Below are positions 1-6,958 of a stretch of 8,453 bases of DNA, in pieces. The DNA comes from Naegleria gruberi (Eukaryota): assembly GCA_000004985.1 (NCBI GenBank), contig GG739069.1; one strand, written 5' to 3'. The stretch's first letter is position 1; every line of letters starts with the position of its first letter. The position numbers and the translations under genes are program-made. Under the pieces are notes generated by a model. That model saw only the letters and a program-made list of their open reading frames with translations, searched no databases and had not been told where the DNA came from.

Positions 1-1
1 T

Positions 2-739
2 AGAAAACAGTTGGTACATGTTATCCAACAGATTTTCCATATTATTCAATTCTTTCATAAATCTGGCCGAAACTAGAGTCTTGTGATGGACTAAACTAGC
101 ATAAAATCTATTTCTCAAGGTTTTTTCGTTATCCAAATAAAAATTAATAAGGGTATGATAATAGCTTGCTTTGATTTGATTTCCTTCTGCGACACAAGTC
201 ATAAACATCAAGTGACAAGAGGCACCCCAATAAAACTGTGTGATATGATCCACAGAAAGTGCTGCAATTTCACATTCTGCCCTTCTCAAAATATAATCCA
301 CATAGTCCAATTCACCCAACAGTTGTGAACTCAATGTCAAAATACCCAAATAGAAAGCATAAATACATCTCAATTCCCCCTTTGATTTTATCCATCCATC
401 ATTATGAAGCAATTCAACATCTTCCCCTCTCTCAAAACAATGCAAGTAATTATTCACAAAATGTACAAGTTTAGCCCTCTCAATCAGAGGATGAATACCA
501 CAAATGAAAGTAAAGTACAACTCAATCACCCTCATAGGTGTAATTGGAGAGGGTTTAGTTGTAAATATTCCAGCACTACCATTTGCATTATTGGTCATTG
601 TAATATCGGTACTACTCTGATCATCGGAAGTCTTTTTCTTAATAGTATCATCGGATGATGATGACGATGACTTGGATTTATCCTTTGATTTTAATGAATA
701 TAATTCAGAACCCTTTCCTCTCTTTTGTGGTGTATTGTA
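2..739 (-). CDS. Fungal-specific transcription factor (middle-homology region, Fungal_trans-like), partial. The C-terminal part continues past the left edge of the window and the true 5' end is unresolved.
   Basis: Reverse-complement translation is open for 246 codons from 739 down to 2 with no stop. The ORF track omits it because it runs off the window. The peptide reads ...YNTPQKRGKGSELYSLKSKDKSKSSSSSSDDTIKKKTSDDQSSTDITMTNNANGSAGIFTTKPSPITPMRVIELYFTFICGIHPLIERAKLVHFVNNYLHCFERGEDVELLHNDGWIKSKGELRCIYAFYLGILTLSSQLLGELDYVDYILRRAECEIAALSVDHITQFYWGASCHLMFMTCVAEGNQIKASYYHTLINFYLDNEKTLRNRFYASLVHHKTLVSARFMKELNNMENLLDNMYQLFS. The motif LYF..I.GIHPLI....L matches the start of the fungal transcription-factor middle-homology region (recognised from memory, not searched). 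Candidate starts are ATG at 757-755, which is followed five codons later by an in-frame TAG at 742-740, or the first downstream ATG at 598-596. The plus-strand ORFs 259..474 and 404..658 in the track overlap this gene and are treated as spurious. Confidence 0.65.
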
Positions 740-924
740 CTATAAGAAGTTTTCCATTCACATATTCATATGAATAGTGTAATTATTATTGTAATTAAAT
801 ATATCGAAATATGAAGTGATAATATTTTGATGATGGGGGTATAAGGAATATTTTCAATTAATTGAAACGTACAACACATTCCGATCCGACTGCTAAACAC
901 TTTGAGCATCCACTTAATTTCTTA

Positions 925-1134
925 TCACACTATTTTGATGAAGTTTTTAAATGAAAGTTTTAAAAGATGAAAACAAACCTTTTTATGCAATTTTCTACAT
1001 CGAATACATGCAATGGGATGGCAATCTCCACTAAACGTCAATTGATTCATTTGCTGATGTTCCTGTTGTTTGTCATTACTTTCACTATTATCGGGAGGAG
1101 ATGATGATGATGAAGGATCCACTTGATGAAACAT
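925..1134 (-). CDS. Small Cys-rich ORF with an incomplete Zn(II)2Cys6-like motif (..ACIRCRKLHKKVC..). It may be the N-terminal exon or a fragment of the downstream transcription-factor gene; the gene model is unresolved.
   Basis: This is the 69-aa ORF from the track. It reads MFHQVDPSSSSSPPDNSESNDKQQEHQQMNQLTFSGDCHPIACIRCRKLHKKVCFHLLKLSFKNFIKIV. The stretch A-C-x2-C-R-x5-K-C resembles the first half of a Gal4-type zinc cluster, but the C2-C3 spacing is 7 rather than 6 and the second CxxCx6C half is missing. It lies 180 bp upstream, on the same strand, of a gene encoding a fungal-specific transcription-factor domain. A Ser run and Gln-rich patch are typical of yeast transcription-factor N-termini. 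Confidence 0.3.
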   Translation of the reverse strand: MFHQVDPSSSSSPPDNSESNDKQQEHQQMNQLTFSGDCHPIACIRCRKLHKKVCFHLLKLSFKNFIKIV

Positions 1135-1465
1135 TTTTTTCGTAGTTTAAAGTAACTAGTCGATCGGTTCTGCATGCCAAAACCAGAGAATGCATTGGCC
1201 AAGTTTGAATGTGGTTGGAAATGTTGGTAAAGTGCTTCGGCGGGGTGGAGTTTTTAATATGTACGCCTTTAACAATGTTGTAAAAATATTTAAATATTTA
1301 AAAAAAAAATATCCACAGTAATTCTACTAACCAATGTTATTACAGCAAAATCATCCTCCTTAGAATTTGTATCTTTAAAACGGAACAAACCTAACTAGAG
1401 AGAACAAAGAGGATCACTACAAGTTAAACAATAACAATTATCGTACTTAAACCAGAAAGAAAAAA
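1135..1465. promoter_or_regulatory. Divergent intergenic/promoter region between the minus-strand ORF starting at 1134 and the plus-strand gene starting at 1466.
   Basis: It is 331 bp with no ORF in either orientation. It carries a TATA-like tract TATTTAAATATTTA (1287-1300) followed by an A10 run (1300-1309). It also has an isolated GC-rich CGG-containing patch CTTCGGCGGGGTGGAG (1235-1250), CCAAT motifs (rc at about 1192-1200 and at 1331-1335), and the A-rich pre-ATG context AGAAAGAAAAAAATG. Confidence 0.35.
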
Positions 1466-1777
1466 ATGATTGGTGCTGGTGGTATGCCAGGTGCCGGTGC
1501 CGATGCTGCTGGTTCTTCCGATGATGCTCCTCCATCTGGTGCTCAACCAAAACTCTCTCGACTCTTACAAATTGAACAAGATTTTGCTGCAAAAGATGAC
1601 CTTGGTATTATTTCCGAAATACATGATAGTAACCAAAAGATTCTGTTGATATCATGCCACACCTTGAATGCGGATCATTCTCTCAACACGGATCATGTAA
1701 TAGTCAAGATTGATACCATCATTAGATCATACAAGATCCGAAATCCCAATACCACAATCAAGGCACCTCTCATGATT
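1466..1777 (+). CDS. 5' portion of a protein-coding gene with a Gly/Ala-rich N-terminus, truncated by the assembly gap. Hypothetical protein.
   Basis: ATG at 1466 sits in the A-rich context aaaaaaATGa and is preceded by an in-frame TAA at 1448-1450. There are 104 open codons up to the first N. The peptide reads MIGAGGMPGAGADAAGSSDDAPPSGAQPKLSRLLQIEQDFAAKDDLGIISEIHDSNQKILLISCHTLNADHSLNTDHVIVKIDTIIRSYKIRNPNTTIKAPLMI. Codon usage is more GC-balanced than the flanks. The family is not recognised. Confidence 0.55.
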
Positions 1778-4700
1778 NNNNNNNNNNNNNNNNNNNNNNN
1801 NNNNNNNNNNNNNNNNNNNNNNNNNNNNNNNNNNNNNNNNNNNNNNNNNNNNNNNNNNNNNNNNNNNNNNNNNNNNNNNNNNNNNNNNNNNNNNNNNNNN
1901 NNNNNNNNNNNNNNNNNNNNNNNNNNNNNNNNNNNNNNNNNNNNNNNNNNNNNNNNNNNNNNNNNNNNNNNNNNNNNNNNNNNNNNNNNNNNNNNNNNNN
2001 NNNNNNNNNNNNNNNNNNNNNNNNNNNNNNNNNNNNNNNNNNNNNNNNNNNNNNNNNNNNNNNNNNNNNNNNNNNNNNNNNNNNNNNNNNNNNNNNNNNN
2101 NNNNNNNNNNNNNNNNNNNNNNNNNNNNNNNNNNNNNNNNNNNNNNNNNNNNNNNNNNNNNNNNNNNNNNNNNNNNNNNNNNNNNNNNNNNNNNNNNNNN
2201 NNNNNNNNNNNNNNNNNNNNNNNNNNNNNNNNNNNNNNNNNNNNNNNNNNNNNNNNNNNNNNNNNNNNNNNNNNNNNNNNNNNNNNNNNNNNNNNNNNNN
2301 NNNNNNNNNNNNNNNNNNNNNNNNNNNNNNNNNNNNNNNNNNNNNNNNNNNNNNNNNNNNNNNNNNNNNNNNNNNNNNNNNNNNNNNNNNNNNNNNNNNN
2401 NNNNNNNNNNNNNNNNNNNNNNNNNNNNNNNNNNNNNNNNNNNNNNNNNNNNNNNNNNNNNNNNNNNNNNNNNNNNNNNNNNNNNNNNNNNNNNNNNNNN
2501 NNNNNNNNNNNNNNNNNNNNNNNNNNNNNNNNNNNNNNNNNNNNNNNNNNNNNNNNNNNNNNNNNNNNNNNNNNNNNNNNNNNNNNNNNNNNNNNNNNNN
2601 NNNNNNNNNNNNNNNNNNNNNNNNNNNNNNNNNNNNNNNNNNNNNNNNNNNNNNNNNNNNNNNNNNNNNNNNNNNNNNNNNNNNNNNNNNNNNNNNNNNN
2701 NNNNNNNNNNNNNNNNNNNNNNNNNNNNNNNNNNNNNNNNNNNNNNNNNNNNNNNNNNNNNNNNNNNNNNNNNNNNNNNNNNNNNNNNNNNNNNNNNNNN
2801 NNNNNNNNNNNNNNNNNNNNNNNNNNNNNNNNNNNNNNNNNNNNNNNNNNNNNNNNNNNNNNNNNNNNNNNNNNNNNNNNNNNNNNNNNNNNNNNNNNNN
2901 NNNNNNNNNNNNNNNNNNNNNNNNNNNNNNNNNNNNNNNNNNNNNNNNNNNNNNNNNNNNNNNNNNNNNNNNNNNNNNNNNNNNNNNNNNNNNNNNNNNN
3001 NNNNNNNNNNNNNNNNNNNNNNNNNNNNNNNNNNNNNNNNNNNNNNNNNNNNNNNNNNNNNNNNNNNNNNNNNNNNNNNNNNNNNNNNNNNNNNNNNNNN
3101 NNNNNNNNNNNNNNNNNNNNNNNNNNNNNNNNNNNNNNNNNNNNNNNNNNNNNNNNNNNNNNNNNNNNNNNNNNNNNNNNNNNNNNNNNNNNNNNNNNNN
3201 NNNNNNNNNNNNNNNNNNNNNNNNNNNNNNNNNNNNNNNNNNNNNNNNNNNNNNNNNNNNNNNNNNNNNNNNNNNNNNNNNNNNNNNNNNNNNNNNNNNN
3301 NNNNNNNNNNNNNNNNNNNNNNNNNNNNNNNNNNNNNNNNNNNNNNNNNNNNNNNNNNNNNNNNNNNNNNNNNNNNNNNNNNNNNNNNNNNNNNNNNNNN
3401 NNNNNNNNNNNNNNNNNNNNNNNNNNNNNNNNNNNNNNNNNNNNNNNNNNNNNNNNNNNNNNNNNNNNNNNNNNNNNNNNNNNNNNNNNNNNNNNNNNNN
3501 NNNNNNNNNNNNNNNNNNNNNNNNNNNNNNNNNNNNNNNNNNNNNNNNNNNNNNNNNNNNNNNNNNNNNNNNNNNNNNNNNNNNNNNNNNNNNNNNNNNN
3601 NNNNNNNNNNNNNNNNNNNNNNNNNNNNNNNNNNNNNNNNNNNNNNNNNNNNNNNNNNNNNNNNNNNNNNNNNNNNNNNNNNNNNNNNNNNNNNNNNNNN
3701 NNNNNNNNNNNNNNNNNNNNNNNNNNNNNNNNNNNNNNNNNNNNNNNNNNNNNNNNNNNNNNNNNNNNNNNNNNNNNNNNNNNNNNNNNNNNNNNNNNNN
3801 NNNNNNNNNNNNNNNNNNNNNNNNNNNNNNNNNNNNNNNNNNNNNNNNNNNNNNNNNNNNNNNNNNNNNNNNNNNNNNNNNNNNNNNNNNNNNNNNNNNN
3901 NNNNNNNNNNNNNNNNNNNNNNNNNNNNNNNNNNNNNNNNNNNNNNNNNNNNNNNNNNNNNNNNNNNNNNNNNNNNNNNNNNNNNNNNNNNNNNNNNNNN
4001 NNNNNNNNNNNNNNNNNNNNNNNNNNNNNNNNNNNNNNNNNNNNNNNNNNNNNNNNNNNNNNNNNNNNNNNNNNNNNNNNNNNNNNNNNNNNNNNNNNNN
4101 NNNNNNNNNNNNNNNNNNNNNNNNNNNNNNNNNNNNNNNNNNNNNNNNNNNNNNNNNNNNNNNNNNNNNNNNNNNNNNNNNNNNNNNNNNNNNNNNNNNN
4201 NNNNNNNNNNNNNNNNNNNNNNNNNNNNNNNNNNNNNNNNNNNNNNNNNNNNNNNNNNNNNNNNNNNNNNNNNNNNNNNNNNNNNNNNNNNNNNNNNNNN
4301 NNNNNNNNNNNNNNNNNNNNNNNNNNNNNNNNNNNNNNNNNNNNNNNNNNNNNNNNNNNNNNNNNNNNNNNNNNNNNNNNNNNNNNNNNNNNNNNNNNNN
4401 NNNNNNNNNNNNNNNNNNNNNNNNNNNNNNNNNNNNNNNNNNNNNNNNNNNNNNNNNNNNNNNNNNNNNNNNNNNNNNNNNNNNNNNNNNNNNNNNNNNN
4501 NNNNNNNNNNNNNNNNNNNNNNNNNNNNNNNNNNNNNNNNNNNNNNNNNNNNNNNNNNNNNNNNNNNNNNNNNNNNNNNNNNNNNNNNNNNNNNNNNNNN
4601 NNNNNNNNNNNNNNNNNNNNNNNNNNNNNNNNNNNNNNNNNNNNNNNNNNNNNNNNNNNNNNNNNNNNNNNNNNNNNNNNNNNNNNNNNNNNNNNNNNNN

Positions 4701-5892
4701 NNNNNNNNNNNNNNNNNNNNNNNNNNNNNNNNNNNNNNNNNNNNNNNNNNNNNNNNNNNNNNNNNNNNNNNNNNNNNNNNNNNNNNNNNNNNNNNNNNNN
4801 NNNNNNNNNNNNNNNNNNNNNNNNNNNNNNNNNNNNNNNNNNNNNNNNNNNNNNNNNNNNNNNNNNNNNNNNNNNNNNNNNNNNNNNNNNNNNNNNNNNN
4901 NNNNNNNNNNNNNNNNNNNNNNNNNNNNNNNNNNNNNNNNNNNNNNNNNNNNNNNNNNNNNNNNNNNNNNNNNNNNNNNNNNNNNNNNNNNNNNNNNNNN
5001 NNNNNNNNNNNNNNNNNNNNNNNNNNNNNNNNNNNNNNNNNNNNNNNNNNNNNNNNNNNNNNNNNNNNNNNNNNNNNNNNNNNNNNNNNNNNNNNNNNNN
5101 NNNNNNNNNNNNNNNNNNNNNNNNNNNNNNNNNNNNNNNNNNNNNNNNNNNNNNNNNNNNNNNNNNNNNNNNNNNNNNNNNNNNNNNNNNNNNNNNNNNN
5201 NNNNNNNNNNNNNNNNNNNNNNNNNNNNNNNNNNNNNNNNNNNNNNNNNNNNNNNNNNNNNNNNNNNNNNNNNNNNNNNNNNNNNNNNNNNNNNNNNNNN
5301 NNNNNNNNNNNNNNNNNNNNNNNNNNNNNNNNNNNNNNNNNNNNNNNNNNNNNNNNNNNNNNNNNNNNNNNNNNNNNNNNNNNNNNNNNNNNNNNNNNNN
5401 NNNNNNNNNNNNNNNNNNNNNNNNNNNNNNNNNNNNNNNNNNNNNNNNNNNNNNNNNNNNNNNNNNNNNNNNNNNNNNNNNNNNNNNNNNNNNNNNNNNN
5501 NNNNNNNNNNNNNNNNNNNNNNNNNNNNNNNNNNNNNNNNNNNNNNNNNNNNNNNNNNNNNNNNNNNNNNNNNNNNNNNNNNNNNNNNNNNNNNNNNNNN
5601 NNNNNNNNNNNNNNNNNNNNNNNNNNNNNNNNNNNNNNNNNNNNNNNNNNNNNNNNNNNNNNNNNNNNNNNNNNNNNNNNNNNNNNNNNNNNNNNNNNNN
5701 NNNNNNNNNNNNNNNNNNNNNNNNNNNNNNNNNNNNNNNNNNNNNNNNNNNNNNNNNNNNNNNNNNNNNNNNNNNNNNNNNNNNNNNNNNNNNNNNNNNN
5801 NNNNNNNNNNNNNNNNNNNNNNNNNNNNNNNNNNNNNNNNNNNNNNNNNNNNNNNNNNNNNNNNNNNNNNNNNNNNNNNNNNNNNNNNNNNN
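1778..5892. other. Assembly gap or masked region: 4115 consecutive N.
   Basis: Uninterrupted n from 1778 to 5892. Both long ORFs in the track that span it (1466..6058 plus strand, 1770..5936 minus strand) are artefacts of translating N as X. Confidence 0.99.
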
Positions 5893-6616
5893 GCTAATAG
5901 GTGATATGAGAACACAATCAAAAATCCGTCAAGCACTTCACCACGTCGAACAGGGAGCTGCTGAATCTTATACTCCTCTCCTCAAATATCGTCAAGAAGA
6001 TTTACGTGTTTATCAAGTTGCTAAGAAATTGCATACCATGTGGCAAGAAAGCGACTAGGAAAAGCCAATTACATATGATGATATCGAATTTGCCTTCAAC
6101 TTGTACAAAGTACATTGCGAAAATATGAAAATGATGAAGAGTGAATACTCTCTTGAATATACCAAGTTGATGAAGGTTCTCATTAATATTGTTTTGGTAA
6201 ACAGAGAATATTGCAAGGTTGCCAAACAAGTTCTCAATGAATCAACAAAGAAATACAAGAAGGATATTTCATCAATTGAATCGGCAATTGAATCTAAATT
6301 GAAGGAATATGAATCAACTCAAAGTAATCAAGACAAACTTTTAATGCTCAGACTCTCCTCATACACCATTCAATCTATTTCTAAATTAGACTCTGATTTG
6401 GATGCTTATGAAAATATGGTTGTCCAATGTGTGAAATTGATGTATCCAGAAAGATGTATTATCTATGATTTGGACCTTTGTAAAAAACTTCTTTACATTT
6501 GCCGTACTACAACAGCTTCTTCCCTTTTGGAAAAGAGCAAGGAAATTATGGATGTTTCCTCAGTTCACTATGATAGAGAAAAACTCTTCCAACAAGCTAT
6601 TATTAGGGACAATTAA
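5893..6616 (+). CDS. 3' portion of a protein-coding gene leaving the gap (hypothetical protein), ending at TAA 6614-6616, with one in-frame TAG at 6056-6058. Under a strict standard code this splits into a gene end at 6058 plus a separate ORF 6125-6616 (or the track's TTG start at 6101).
   Basis: A single reading frame is open from the gap edge to 6616 apart from the TAG. Upstream of the TAG it reads LIGDMRTQSKIRQALHHVEQGAAESYTPLLKYRQEDLRVYQVAKKLHTMWQESD. Downstream it reads EKPITYDDIEFAFNLYKVHCENMKMMKSEYSLEYTKLMKVLINIVLVNREYCKVAKQ...AIIRDN. It is the same frame as the 1466 gene, which is how the track fused them. Only 66 nt separate TAG 6056 from the first downstream ATG at 6125, far too short for a yeast intergenic region with a promoter. 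The minus-strand ORFs 6002..6229 and 6055..6258 are antisense to this and treated as spurious. Confidence 0.5.
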
Positions 6617-6630
6617 GGTCATCAAATGTA

Positions 6631-6673
6631 GCCCGTCTAGCTCAGTCGGTAGAGCGTCAGACTGTTAATCTGC
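6631..6673 (+). tRNA. tRNA-derived element. The 5' half is intact (acceptor 5' strand, D-arm, complete anticodon arm with anticodon GTT = Asn). The 3' half is absent or degenerate, so this is a probable tRNA pseudogene or tRNA-half element.
   Basis: GCCCGTC-TA-GCTC-AGTCGGTA-GAGC-G-TCAGA-CTGTTAA-TCTGC fits positions 1-43 of a canonical tRNA. The A-box TAGCTCAGTCGG is good, the anticodon loop is a 7-nt CTGTTAA with U33 and A37, and the anticodon stem pairs 4 of 5. The body is identical in layout to the Lys(TTT)/Asn-type tRNAs known from other eukaryotes. Downstream there is no T-arm (no GTTCRANYC B-box). The best match to the acceptor 3' strand is GACGGGA at 6776-6782, which is 6 of 7 complementary, but it lies about 100 nt away and no T-stem can be folded in front of it. 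A TTTT run at 6680-6683 lies 7 nt after the anticodon arm. The track ORF 6465..6668 overlapping it is spurious. Confidence 0.5.
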
Positions 6674-6958
6674 AACAAATTTTGAAATGAAAAAAAGACT
6701 ACAGCACCACAGGTTCCCAAGTTGTCTCCAACCTCAGTACTGATGTGGCTCGACGATGCTTAACTTCTCAAATCGGACGGGATGAGGTGCATTCATCGTG
6801 ATATGGCCGTAGCCATTCATTACCTCAAAATGTGAAATATCAGCCCAATTCCAAGTTCTAACAAGGGAAACCTTAGATGCTCACATGACCAACACTTGAG
6901 TTTCTAAGGCTATGAAATCCAATTCAGCAAATTATTAATTTACAAAAATCAAAAAAAA

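Noticed and set aside
259-658. Plus-strand ORFs 259..474 and 404..658 (71 and 84 aa).
   Set aside because: They lie inside, and antisense or out of frame to, the 246-codon minus-strand transcription-factor ORF. They have low-complexity composition and no motif, so they are typical shadow ORFs.
1395-1592. Minus-strand 65-aa ORF overlapping the start of the 1466 gene. Likewise minus-strand ORFs 6002..6229 and 6055..6258, and plus-strand 6465..6668 and 7158..7340.
   Set aside because: All are antisense or alternative-frame overlaps of longer, better-supported coding frames. 6465..6668 also runs through the tRNA-like element. Their M starts in the track include non-ATG codons such as TTG.
1466-6058. 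1530-aa plus-strand ORF and 1388-aa minus-strand ORF (1770..5936) in the supplied track.
   Set aside because: Both exist only because N is translated as X across the 4115-nt gap. Only 1466-1777 and 5893 onward are real sequence. The minus-strand one has essentially no real sequence at all.
6631-6673. The tRNA-like element as the UAG-decoding suppressor that would explain the in-frame TAGs.
   Set aside because: Its 7-nt anticodon loop CTGTTAA gives anticodon GTT (reads AAC/AAU, Asn), not CUA. It also lacks a 3' half, so it is unlikely to be functional.
6684-6958. Possible snoRNA or other ncRNA in the relatively GC-balanced spacer after the tRNA-like element. This includes a nested hairpin GAGGTG...ATGGC-cgta-GCCAT...ACCTC at 6784-6825 and C-box-like CTGATGT / GTGATAT strings.
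   Set aside because: No properly spaced C (RUGAUGA) plus D (CUGA) box pair with a terminal stem on either strand, and no H/ACA layout I can verify by eye. The hairpin is short, and stems of this size occur by chance. Flagged for an Infernal/snoscan run only.
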